DNA of 64,000 bases, taken from positions 11,619 to 75,618 of the forward strand of contig CAZJJG010000002.1 in NCBI GenBank assembly GCA_964546275.1, in the 5' to 3' direction. Source of the DNA: an uncultured Gammaproteobacteria bacterium. GTDB lineage: Bacteria; Pseudomonadota; Gammaproteobacteria; Magnimaribacterales; D2472. The notes under the pieces are model-generated. The model saw nothing but the letters and a program-made list of their open reading frames with translations, was not told where the DNA came from and did no database searches. The first letter of the stretch is position 1; every line of letters starts with the position of its first letter. Made by a program: the position numbers and the translations under genes. This document shows, in pieces, positions 49,448-58,579 of the stretch.

Positions 49448-49453
49448 AAGTTA

Positions 49454-49481
49454 ATACTACACCGATTTTTTCTATTGTCAA
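49454..49481 (-). promoter_or_regulatory. Sigma70-type promoter for the candidate sRNA
   Basis: On the minus strand: TTGACA (49481..49476), a 16-nt spacer, then TAGTAT (49459..49454). Confidence 0.45.
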
Positions 49482-49585
49482 CATCTTTTATAAAAAAGAT
49501 TAAGTTATTTAAGATTTGTTAAAAAATGCTATTAATTAGATATAATTTATACACATATGTCATCATTTATGGCGTATAAAAAAAT

Positions 49586-50743
49586 ATGACTCATTCTTTT
49601 TTACCTAACACTTCTCCAATAAAAACCTATACAGATACTTCCAATGAATCTTTGATGAGATTGCAGGAAATTGCTACTCAGCTTCCTAAGCTACTTTTAA
49701 CAGGTAAAGTTCAGTCAACTATTAAGGCGCTTGCTGATGAAGATCTTTCTGTTAATGAGCTATTTATTGAGAACCGAACACAAAATATTAAGCTAGCTAT
49801 GGTCCATCTAAGTTTTATTGCTCATGCTTATATTTGGGGTGGACCTAAGCCAGAAGGATTACTTCCAACAGCTTTAGCAACTCCATGGGTTAAAGTTTCA
49901 AAAAATTTAGGTAGGCCACCTATTCTAAGTTACGCAAGTTATTGTTTAGATAATTGGTTCAAAATTAATGATGATGAAAAGATTTCATTAGATAATGTTG
50001 GCCTAATAACAAACTTTCTAGGTGGAGTTGATGAGGATTGGTTTGTAACTATTCATGTCTGTATTGAAAATGCAGCATCTGAAGCAATATCCTCTGCTAA
50101 GGCACTATCAGAAATGACTGATAAAAATACTGAAGATGAGATACTTCTTCATCTTAAAGAAATTACAAAATCATTAGGAAAAGTAAATAAAATATTTTCT
50201 CGAATGCCGGAAAAATGTGACCCTTATATTTATTACCATAGAGTAAGACCTTTTATTTTTGGGACTAAAGATAATCCTGATTTAAAAGAAGGATTAATAT
50301 ATGAAAGTGAGTTTGATAATAAAGCTCAATTCTTTAGAGGTGAAACTGGCGCTCAAAGTAGCATCATGCCTTTCTTAGATGGAGCCCTAGGCGTCTATCA
50401 CACGAAAGACAGTCTAAGACATTACCTTAATGAAATGCGTGATTATATGCCTCCTGAGCACAGAGCAATGATTGATGAAGTGGAAGCTAAATCTCAAGCT
50501 ATTACACTAATAAATCAATCAAGAAAATTAGTAGATGAATACAATAATTGTCTTGAAGAAATTAGAGCATTTAGGGCATTGCATTTGGAGTTTGCCGGAA
50601 CTTATATCAATAAACAATCTCAGATAAAAAATCCATTTGGCAGAGGTGGTTCTACTATTACTGGAACAGGCGGAACACCATTTATGAAATACTTAAAAAA
50701 GCACAGAGATGAGACAGAGGATCAGAAAATTAATTCAGATTAG
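49586..50743 (+). CDS. Indoleamine 2,3-dioxygenase-like haem dioxygenase
   Basis: 385 aa with IDO-family blocks: PPILSYASYCLDNW, YHRVRPFIFG, GETGAQSSIMPFLDGALGV (compare human GGSAGQSSVFQCFDVLLG) and the proximal His context FRALHLEF. A TATAAT box sits at 49541..49546. Confidence 0.75.
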   Translation: MTHSFLPNTSPIKTYTDTSNESLMRLQEIATQLPKLLLTGKVQSTIKALADEDLSVNELFIENRTQNIKLAMVHLSFIAHAYIWGGPKPEGLLPTALATPWVKVSKNLGRPPILSYASYCLDNWFKINDDEKISLDNVGLITNFLGGVDEDWFVTIHVCIENAASEAISSAKALSEMTDKNTEDEILLHLKEITKSLGKVNKIFSRMPEKCDPYIYYHRVRPFIFGTKDNPDLKEGLIYESEFDNKAQFFRGETGAQSSIMPFLDGALGVYHTKDSLRHYLNEMRDYMPPEHRAMIDEVEAKSQAITLINQSRKLVDEYNNCLEEIRAFRALHLEFAGTYINKQSQIKNPFGRGGSTITGTGGTPFMKYLKKHRDETEDQKINSD

Positions 50744-50744
50744 T

Positions 50745-50939
50745 TTAATTGTGTGGAGGTAATTTAGCTTCAATAAACCACTCATGCACTCTCTTTACAG
50801 GATTAAATTTTTTCATTCTCATTTTTTTATTTTCGAGAATAAAGTTCCTAGTTTTGATAGCGGTATAGTGATACGTATGATGATCTCTAGTTTCACCTTC
50901 AGGTATTAAATATACTTTTGTTTGTTTCTTGTCAGCCAT
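50745..50939 (-). CDS. Divergent ribosomal protein L33-like protein
   Basis: 64 aa from ATG 50939 (the track start is an upstream TTG). YTAIKTRNFILENKKMRMKKFNPVKRVHEWFIEAKL aligns with E. coli L33 [34 protein letters not shown]. It has insertions and a C-terminal PPHN tail. Confidence 0.5.
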   Translation of the reverse strand: MADKKQTKVYLIPEGETRDHHTYHYTAIKTRNFILENKKMRMKKFNPVKRVHEWFIEAKLPPHN

Positions 50940-50997
50940 AATTAGACGCAATTATACACAAATAAGTGATAAATAATATTGAAAATATCTATTTAAA

Positions 50998-51918
50998 TTA
51001 ATTATTTTTATTTATAAAATTAAAGTAATTTATATTGCCGTATAAACAAGTCAGCTCTCTAGTAATTACCCCAATCCTAATCTTTTCTAGAAGATCTTTA
51101 TGAATAGAAGATTTATCTAAAAGGAACTCCTTTTTAAAGGAATCGTGATTTATAAGACTTTCTAGAGTTCTGCTTAAGCCGCCCGCTAGATAAATACCAT
51201 TTCCAGGCATGTAAGCCAAAGCTAAGTCAGAAAGAACATGAGCCAAACTTTTTATAAACCCTGAAATTATTTCTTGAGCCGCGCATTCATTTTCATTAAA
51301 TCTTTTAATAACCTCTTCTGCTGAAATATTATTTCCTGTTAATGCTGCATAGAGTTTTGATATACCAGTTCCAGAAAGAATATCTTCAAGAGTTACAAAA
51401 TTATTTATCTCGGAGATATTAAAATTCTTTATTAATCCATGAGTCCAGTTTGTTGTATTGCCTATTTCGGTAGCAAGAACAGAGCCATTATTGATAAAAG
51501 CAGCTCCTAATCCAGTTCCAGGTCCTAAAACTAAACTGTTTGAATTGAAAGATACTCCTTCTTTAATATATTTAATATTATCTTCAGCTGTTGTAGAAAG
51601 ACTATAGCCAATTGACTCCCAGTCATTTAATAAATAGCATTCTTCTAATAAAAAATTTTCTTTTATTTGATCTGCATCTGCAGAAAAAGATCTATTAGTC
51701 ATGGAGATAGTATTTAAGACTTTAGGCCCAGCTATAGAAAAAACAGCACTTTTGATATCTAAATTTGGGTGATTAATTAAGTCATTAATAATTGTGTCAA
51801 AGTTATCTAGGTTATCCAGCGACATTCGCTTAGAGTCATATATAGAAATATCTCCTAATTTTGAGTAGGCATATCTCATATTGGTGCCGCCGATATCTAC
51901 TAATAGAACATCACTCAT
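50998..51918 (-). CDS. glk: Glucokinase
   Basis: 306 aa with the N-terminal ATP motif LLVDIGGTNMRYA and a Glk-type core (LGPGTGLGAA...ATEIGNT). A 1-nt overlap couples it to the upstream GH3 gene. Confidence 0.8.
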   Translation of the reverse strand: MSDVLLVDIGGTNMRYAYSKLGDISIYDSKRMSLDNLDNFDTIINDLINHPNLDIKSAVFSIAGPKVLNTISMTNRSFSADADQIKENFLLEECYLLNDWESIGYSLSTTAEDNIKYIKEGVSFNSNSLVLGPGTGLGAAFINNGSVLATEIGNTTNWTHGLIKNFNISEINNFVTLEDILSGTGISKLYAALTGNNISAEEVIKRFNENECAAQEIISGFIKSLAHVLSDLALAYMPGNGIYLAGGLSRTLESLINHDSFKKEFLLDKSSIHKDLLEKIRIGVITRELTCLYGNINYFNFINKNN

Positions 51919-54377
51919 TATTGAATTCCTGAGGCTAAATTAGAGCAACTAATATTTTTTGGTAATTTGCTATCTATAATTTTTATAGAATGTAGATCTA
52001 TTTCCCAATTTCCATTCGTTAAAAAAAGCGTTCTAATGTCTATATTTGAAATATCAAGACCGCCTTCTTCTAAACATGTAAGGGGTATATGCAACTTAGA
52101 CCAGTCTGTTAATTTTTTTGTGCTAAAAAGGGGTGAAACATCAATAGCTCCTCTGCATAACTCATAACCATTGCCTGCACATGTCGAACTCAAATATATT
52201 GGTGATTTGCTGACTCTATTTACTTTCATTTCGAATTCAAATACAGGGTTAGTCATGTACTTAATATCAAGAAAAGAGTCTGCAAGAATGCCCCAGGCAT
52301 TGTAATTATCAGATTTAAAAAATTTAATATTTTTTGCATCATCTTGCTTTTTATAATCAAACTTATATAAAGTTATATTTTTTAGTTTACTTGTAAAAAT
52401 ATCAGACTGGATCTGTTCAACATCTGCTCCTTCTTGGACAAATTCAACTCCCGGAGAATATGAGCTTCCTATAAATAGAACTATTTCTTCAAGCTCTTTT
52501 ATAGCTTTTATTTCTTTTACATCTTCTAAGTCTTCTTTAAAAGAATAATCTAAACCATAGTTATAAGGAAATAATGGTTCGTAAGTGGCATCTTTAAAAT
52601 TAGGATTTTGATCTATAGATTTTGGCCAAGAAAAAGATAACTTGCCTTTAAAATCATAATTAACTTTTCCATCTTTTAAAAATATTACATCACTGATTCC
52701 TTCTACAGCTGAGCCTGGAAGCCATGCAGCAACAAATGCTGTTGAAAGATTAAGCTCTGTATTTATTTCAAGCGGTCTTCCTGATAAAAATATAGATACT
52801 AGTGGAATATCTTGATTAGCTAATTTTTTCATAATATCTAAATATGAAGTATCTTTAGCAATAAATTCAAGGTCTTGTCTGTCTCCGTCACCTTCAGCAT
52901 AAGGCTCTTCTCCGTAGATAACTATTACGGAGTCTGGTTTTTGTTTATAAGATCCATCATTAGAAAACTCTATACTTCCACCCTGACTAATAATGGTTGA
53001 GGCTAGCGTTGTGTAGATATCGTTTACATTTTTATAATCTGAATTTTTATTATCGCGGGCTTGCCAAGTTATAGTCCATCCACCCATTTGATTATTAATT
53101 GATTGAGCAGCCTTACCAACCACAACAAAATGCTTAGAAGGATTTAATGGCAAAATATTTTCATTATTTTTAAGAAGAACTAGTGATTCTCTTACAGCCT
53201 GTCTGGCAATCTCAAAATGCTCCGGTGCACCTACAAAATTATCTTTATATTCATGTGGCTTTAGTCCATCTAAAAGACCTATCTGCATTTTAACTCTAAG
53301 TATTCTTCTTACAGCATCATTGATTCTTTCAAGTGGTATAGAACCATTTTTTACTTGTTTGAGAGTTGTTTTATATAACTCTTGCCACTCATCAGGCACC
53401 ATAAAAACATCAACTCCTGCATTAAATGCCTGGGGGCAATCTGTATTAGTACAGCCTCTAACTTGACCATGACCATTCCAGTCTCCAACAACAAGACCCT
53501 TAAAGTTCATTTCCGTTTTTAAAATATCATTTAATAGATATTTATTTCCATGCATTTTTTTTCCATTCCATGAATTAAAACTAGCCATTATTGACTGAAC
53601 GCATGCATCTAATGCTTTAAAGTATGGCTCTCCATGTAAATTTTTTAATCCAAGCTCACTTATAGTTGAATTGCCTTGATCAATACCATCGATTGTTCCG
53701 CCATCACCGATAAAATGTTTTGCTGTAGCTAACATATGATTCTTGCCAAGGAAGTTATCGCCCTCTCCTTGCAGACCATAAATCATAGCTTGACCAAGCT
53801 CTGCTACCAACTCTGGATCTTCAGAATAGCCTTCATAAGTCCTACCCCAAGTATCATTCTGAGGCACAGTAATAGTGGGGGCAAATGTCCAAGGTATACC
53901 TGTTGAAAGAACTTCTTTTGCAACAGCTTTACCTATTTTTTTAATTAATTGAGGGTTTCTTGTAGCGCCTAATCCAATGTTATGGGGGAAAATGGTGGCA
54001 CCAATTACATTATTATGACCATGTACTGCATCTGTACCCCAGAGAATTGGGATGATATCACCATCAATTACCGGAGAAGCTTCGTAATAAGCTTTACTAA
54101 GATCTTTCCAGTCTTGTATTGAGCTGTACTTATTCTTATTTGGATACCTTCCACCGCCATTTAAGATGGATCCAAGTTTAAATTTTTTAGCTAGCTCTGG
54201 AGTTACTGCATCTATATCAGGCATGATGACCTGACCCACTTTCTCTCTAAGAGACATGTTGTTGATAATTTCTTCAATCCTCTCCATGTCTGGAGATGGG
54301 CATGTGTTCTGATGCGACCAATTAACTTCTGCAGAGATATTTAAAGAAATCAGAAAGATAAAAATAAACTTTTTCAT
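51918..54377 (-). CDS. Glycoside hydrolase family 3 exo-beta-glucosidase/glucanase with an extra C-terminal domain, exported
   Basis: 819 aa with a signal peptide and GH3 N-domain blocks (WGTDAVHGHNN; KHFIGDGGT; the nucleophile region GLVVGDWNG). It also has the alpha/beta sandwich domain and a ~200-aa C-terminal domain, as in three-domain ExoP-type enzymes. Confidence 0.85.
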   Translation of the reverse strand: MKKFIFIFLISLNISAEVNWSHQNTCPSPDMERIEEIINNMSLREKVGQVIMPDIDAVTPELAKKFKLGSILNGGGRYPNKNKYSSIQDWKDLSKAYYEASPVIDGDIIPILWGTDAVHGHNNVIGATIFPHNIGLGATRNPQLIKKIGKAVAKEVLSTGIPWTFAPTITVPQNDTWGRTYEGYSEDPELVAELGQAMIYGLQGEGDNFLGKNHMLATAKHFIGDGGTIDGIDQGNSTISELGLKNLHGEPYFKALDACVQSIMASFNSWNGKKMHGNKYLLNDILKTEMNFKGLVVGDWNGHGQVRGCTNTDCPQAFNAGVDVFMVPDEWQELYKTTLKQVKNGSIPLERINDAVRRILRVKMQIGLLDGLKPHEYKDNFVGAPEHFEIARQAVRESLVLLKNNENILPLNPSKHFVVVGKAAQSINNQMGGWTITWQARDNKNSDYKNVNDIYTTLASTIISQGGSIEFSNDGSYKQKPDSVIVIYGEEPYAEGDGDRQDLEFIAKDTSYLDIMKKLANQDIPLVSIFLSGRPLEINTELNLSTAFVAAWLPGSAVEGISDVIFLKDGKVNYDFKGKLSFSWPKSIDQNPNFKDATYEPLFPYNYGLDYSFKEDLEDVKEIKAIKELEEIVLFIGSSYSPGVEFVQEGADVEQIQSDIFTSKLKNITLYKFDYKKQDDAKNIKFFKSDNYNAWGILADSFLDIKYMTNPVFEFEMKVNRVSKSPIYLSSTCAGNGYELCRGAIDVSPLFSTKKLTDWSKLHIPLTCLEEGGLDISNIDIRTLFLTNGNWEIDLHSIKIIDSKLPKNISCSNLASGIQ

Positions 54378-54384
54378 AGCTGAT

Positions 54385-55947
54385 TTACCAGAGCAATCCG
54401 TAAATTACTACTAGTACTGCAACTATAGCTACAGTGCTTAAGTTAAAGCCTCTAGAAGTTGAAAAATTAATTCCATTTAAATCAATTGCTTTCTCTTGAT
54501 CTGAATAACCTTGAATTAAAGCAGTCATATAACAAGTAAGACCTGATAATAAGAATACAACTCCCATTCTATGGATAAACGGATAATCAGGAAAAACATA
54601 ATAAATAAATACAGAAAGCACTAGCGATGTTCCAGCTGCTACTAAAACTGACATAGTTGTAGCTTTTTTCCAAAATAAAGCAACTAAAAATATAACCAAA
54701 ATAGCTGGCGTAAAGAAACCAGTAAACTCTTGTATATATTGAAAAGCTGATTCTAGGCTTCCTAGAAGAGGTTTTGCACAAGAAACTGCGATTACTAAGG
54801 ATATCCATGCAATATTTCTTCCAATATTAATTAGTTTTGCTTGAGATGGTTCTTCTCTTGAGAAACTTCTATATATATCCATTGTGAATATAGTACTTAC
54901 GCTATTTGTCATAGAAGCTAAAGAAGACACAATTGCTGCAATAAGAGCTGCAAATGTAAGGCCTAATAATCCATGAGGCAATAAAGCCATCATGGTTGGG
55001 TAAGCTTGATCCGACTTTTCAAGAGTTGGATAAAGAACTGCTGCACATATACCAGGAAGAACAATGACTAAAGGCATTAGTAATTTTAGATAAGCAGCAA
55101 ACATTACGCCCTTTTGAGCTTCAGGTAGCGACTTTGCTCCTAATGCTCTTTGCGTAATATATTGATTAAATCCCCAGTAAGCAAAATGAGCAATCCATAG
55201 ACCGCCGATTAGAACCCATACACCGGGAAGATCACTGTAAGCTGGATTATCGGGAGAAAGAATCATATCAAACTTCTCAGGCACTTCATTATAAACAGTA
55301 ACAAGTCCTGCTAAAAGATTGCCATCCCCTATTGTGGTTAAAGCAATATAAGAAACAGCAAGCCCACCAAATATTAATAATACAACTTGGATAATATCCG
55401 TTAGTGCGACTGCTTTTAATCCACCCCATAAAGAATATGCTAGGGATAGGGCTGCTAATAAAATTAATCCATAAACTTCATCTATACCAGTTAGTGAGTT
55501 AATTGCTAAAGAGCCAAGCCATAAAACTGAGGTAAGGTTAATAAAAATATAAACAGCTAGCCAGAAAAATGAAAGTACTAGGCTGACTCTTTTATCAAAT
55601 CTTTGTTCAAGAAACTGAGGCATTGTATAAATCTTTTTTTCTAAAAAAAGTGGTAAGAAAAATTTAGCCATTACTATAAGCGCTATAGCAGCTGTAAGTT
55701 CGTAAGTAGCAATAGCCATTCCAACAACAAAACCCTGACCTGACATACCAATAATTTGTTCTGCAGAAATATTTGCAGCGATAAGTGAAGCTCCAATTGC
55801 CCACCATGGTAATGACCTTCCAGCAAGGAAGTAATCTTCAGCGGTTCTTTCGTGTCCAGATGACTGTCTTGATACATAAGTAGCAAGTCCAATAATTCCT
55901 ATGCAGTAAACTGCAATAATACTTAGATCTAATGAATTAAATAACAT
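54385..55947 (-). CDS. Sodium:solute symporter (SGLT-type Na+/sugar cotransporter)
   Basis: 520 aa, ~14 TM segments, with SSF signatures (YFLAGRSLPWWAIGASLIAANISAEQIIGMSG; GGLKAVALTDIIQV). Confidence 0.85.
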   Translation of the reverse strand: MLFNSLDLSIIAVYCIGIIGLATYVSRQSSGHERTAEDYFLAGRSLPWWAIGASLIAANISAEQIIGMSGQGFVVGMAIATYELTAAIALIVMAKFFLPLFLEKKIYTMPQFLEQRFDKRVSLVLSFFWLAVYIFINLTSVLWLGSLAINSLTGIDEVYGLILLAALSLAYSLWGGLKAVALTDIIQVVLLIFGGLAVSYIALTTIGDGNLLAGLVTVYNEVPEKFDMILSPDNPAYSDLPGVWVLIGGLWIAHFAYWGFNQYITQRALGAKSLPEAQKGVMFAAYLKLLMPLVIVLPGICAAVLYPTLEKSDQAYPTMMALLPHGLLGLTFAALIAAIVSSLASMTNSVSTIFTMDIYRSFSREEPSQAKLINIGRNIAWISLVIAVSCAKPLLGSLESAFQYIQEFTGFFTPAILVIFLVALFWKKATTMSVLVAAGTSLVLSVFIYYVFPDYPFIHRMGVVFLLSGLTCYMTALIQGYSDQEKAIDLNGINFSTSRGFNLSTVAIVAVLVVIYGLLW

Positions 55948-56081
55948 ATCTCACCTCTCCCAATTTAGAATAGATATCGTTGTCATTGTAGCAAATATAA
56001 ATATATTTAGAGAGTAAGACTCTTAAATAAAAATTTATCAAATGCAATATTGGTTTCCAAGATTTCAAGTATGATAATCAA

Positions 56082-57101
56082 ATGGAGATTAAAAAAGCAA
56101 CAATTACAGATGTAGCCAATCATTCAAAAGTTTCAATTAAGACGGTTTCAAGAGTAATAAATAATGAATATGGCGTTTCTAAGACTACTAAAAATAGAGT
56201 CTTAAATTCAATAAAGTTACTAAACTATAATCCAAATAAAGCTGCTCAAGGATTAAGATCAAAGAAATCATTTCTTATAGGTCTAGCTTATGACAATCCT
56301 GATAAATTCTATTTATCAGATATTCAAACAGGAGTTCTTGAAGCATGTGTCGAGAATGGTTTTAGTGTTGTTTTGTTTCCATGTAATTACAGTGATATTG
56401 ATTTATATTTACAATTAAGCGAATTTGTAAAAAGAACAAATCTTGATGGACTTATACTCACCCCTCCTATAAGTGACATGAAGGAATTAGTTCAAAAACT
56501 AAAAATAGAAATACCTCTTTCAATCATTTCTCCTGGTCAATCTAGTACTGATCAGCTTTGGGTATCATCAGATGATTTTAAGGCATCCTATGACATGACA
56601 TGTCATCTTATAAAACAAGGTCATAAAAAAATCGGTTTTATAAAAGGTCATGTAGACCATGGCGCAACTGAACATAGGCTTAATGGCTATTTAAATGCGC
56701 TTAAAGATAATAATATTAACGTTGATAAAAATAATATAACTGATGGAGATTTTTCATTTGACTCAGGTGAGAGTGCAGCAAAAAAACTACTGAGCAATAA
56801 GAAATCTGGAATTACTGCAATATTTGCATCGAATGATGCTATGGCTGCTGGAGTTTTAAAAGCAGCATATAAAGCAAAAATTAAAATACCTGATGATATT
56901 TCTCTTGTAGGTTTTGATAATTCTCCAACTGCTAGCCAGGCATGGCCTTCAATAACAACAGTGAGTCAGCCAATAAAAGAGATGGCTTCCTTTGCAGCAG
57001 AAATTCTTATCCAGAATATTTCTAAAAAATCAGAAAACAAGTCTTTTAATAAGATTTTTGATTCAGAGTTAATTTTTAGAGAATCAGTTAAAAGAATTTA
57101 A
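56082..57101 (+). CDS. LacI-family transcriptional regulator
   Basis: 339 aa with an N-terminal HTH (ATITDVANHSKVSIKTVSRVIN) and a periplasmic-binding-protein-like sugar-binding core. Confidence 0.9.
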   Translation: MEIKKATITDVANHSKVSIKTVSRVINNEYGVSKTTKNRVLNSIKLLNYNPNKAAQGLRSKKSFLIGLAYDNPDKFYLSDIQTGVLEACVENGFSVVLFPCNYSDIDLYLQLSEFVKRTNLDGLILTPPISDMKELVQKLKIEIPLSIISPGQSSTDQLWVSSDDFKASYDMTCHLIKQGHKKIGFIKGHVDHGATEHRLNGYLNALKDNNINVDKNNITDGDFSFDSGESAAKKLLSNKKSGITAIFASNDAMAAGVLKAAYKAKIKIPDDISLVGFDNSPTASQAWPSITTVSQPIKEMASFAAEILIQNISKKSENKSFNKIFDSELIFRESVKRI

Positions 57102-57106
57102 ACTCT

Positions 57107-58519
57107 TTATAGATTTATTATCTGAATGGCTTCTGAGTGTTCTTCAGAAAAAATGCCGGAAATCATAATAAATTTAAGATTTGGCCTATCTTTATAATAA
57201 TTTTTTAACTTCTTTGAGACATGTTTTATTGTATTTTCATGATTCGAAATACTCTTGATAAAATGTGCGTGAGTTGAACCCACTAATGAAAGATGTCTTA
57301 ATGTGGAAGCGTTATTAGTAAAGCAGAAAACAGGCATTCTAAAGGGTTTAGCGTTAGATACGACATTAGCTGTATAGCCTGTTCTTGTAATTACTATAAT
57401 TCCATCAGCTTTAGTTGATTCAGCTAGTTTTTTTGCAGCTATTCCTAATTGTTGCCAATCAGAATCTGACTGAAGATCATCCTCATATCCTAAAGCTTTA
57501 TATTGCTCAGTTCTTGATGCTATAGATTTAAGAAACTTAACGCATTCTATTGGATATTTACCAATACTAGTTTCTCCTGAAAGCATGATGGCATCTGATC
57601 CTTCATAGATAGCATTGGCTATATCTGTTACTTCTGCTCTTGTTGGAGTTGGATTGGTGATCATGGATTCAAGTAAATGTGTTGCAACAATAGAGCGTTT
57701 TCCCCATTTAGCACAAGCATGCATTATTCTTCTTTGGATATTTGGCAAGTCTGCTAAGTTAGTTTCTATACCAAGATCTCCCCTGGCTACCATAACGCCA
57801 TCAGATGCTTGGCAAATTTCATGTATATTATCTAAACCTTCTTGGTTTTCTATTTTTGCAATAATTTTTGCAACAGAAGATTTACGCTTTAAGATGGCTC
57901 TTAATTTTTCTAGGTCATCTGGATCTCTAACAAAAGATAAAGCTATAAAATCAACCTTATTTTTAATTCCAAAATTAATATCTTCAAGGTCCTTGGATGT
58001 TATAGAGGGTAAATTTACTCTAACACCAGGCAGATTAACATGCCTTTTACTTCCAAGCTTTCCACCATCAAGGACTCTACACAACAATGTATCTTTATCT
58101 TTAGAAAGAACCTGAAAGTTTATAAGTCCATTATCAACTGTTATTTTAGAGCCAGGAGTAACGCTGGTGATAAGATCTTTGTAGTTGATTTTAATTGAAG
58201 AAGTTTCAACATCCACTTGATCTCTAACTGTTAAAGTAACCTCATCACCAGTTTTAAGATCAAGAGGAATTTCGGTGTCTCCAGTTCTAATTTCTGGTCC
58301 CTGTGTATCCAGTAAAATACCTATTGGTGTTTCATTTTCACTTAATGCAGAATTAATTTTATTAACCTTATTGATTACTGCTTGGGCTGTCTTATGATTT
58401 GCGTGTGACATATTAATTCGAACCACATTCATGCCTTCTTTATGAAGCTTTCTAAGTGTAGCTATGCTTTCAGTTGCAGGTCCAACTGTGCAAATAATTT
58501 TAGTTCTTGTAAATGTCAT
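57107..58519 (-). CDS. pyk: Pyruvate kinase
   Basis: 470 aa with RTKIICTVGPA, the NMSHANH-type motif (RINMSHANH), MVARGDLGIE and the ATHLLESM-type helix. Confidence 0.95.
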   Translation of the reverse strand: MTFTRTKIICTVGPATESIATLRKLHKEGMNVVRINMSHANHKTAQAVINKVNKINSALSENETPIGILLDTQGPEIRTGDTEIPLDLKTGDEVTLTVRDQVDVETSSIKINYKDLITSVTPGSKITVDNGLINFQVLSKDKDTLLCRVLDGGKLGSKRHVNLPGVRVNLPSITSKDLEDINFGIKNKVDFIALSFVRDPDDLEKLRAILKRKSSVAKIIAKIENQEGLDNIHEICQASDGVMVARGDLGIETNLADLPNIQRRIMHACAKWGKRSIVATHLLESMITNPTPTRAEVTDIANAIYEGSDAIMLSGETSIGKYPIECVKFLKSIASRTEQYKALGYEDDLQSDSDWQQLGIAAKKLAESTKADGIIVITRTGYTANVVSNAKPFRMPVFCFTNNASTLRHLSLVGSTHAHFIKSISNHENTIKHVSKKLKNYYKDRPNLKFIMISGIFSEEHSEAIQIINL

Positions 58520-58579
58520 GATAGTTTTATTCTATGTCAAAAATATGTTTTAGAGATGTGGCTATTGAGCATAATACCC

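Noticed and set aside
49256-49450. I considered whether the GC-richer intergenic block is a known structured RNA (6S, tmRNA, RNase P, SRP RNA, CsrB/Rsm-type), a tRNA remnant (an AGTTCGAGTTCC T-loop-like string) or a decayed gene.
   Set aside because: - The 5' and 3' arms are both purine-rich, so a 6S-type long hairpin is not possible.
- No tmRNA, RNase P or SRP signature strings are present.
- Only two AGGA motifs occur, too few for a Csr/Rsm sponge.
- The T-loop-like string lacks a flanking stem.
- All frames are broken or lack a start codon.

It is kept only as an unclassified sRNA candidate.
49483-49500. The 7-4-7 inverted repeat ATCTTTT-ATAA-AAAAGAT between the sRNA-candidate promoter and the IDO promoter, as an operator.
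   Set aside because: A/T-only palindromes of this size are expected by chance in sequence this AT-rich, and no supporting second copy was seen.
55948-56081. A LacI-type operator in the symporter/LacI divergent region.
   Set aside because: I found no convincing TGNAAACGNTTNCA-like palindrome by eye. TTGGTTTCCAA is not self-complementary.
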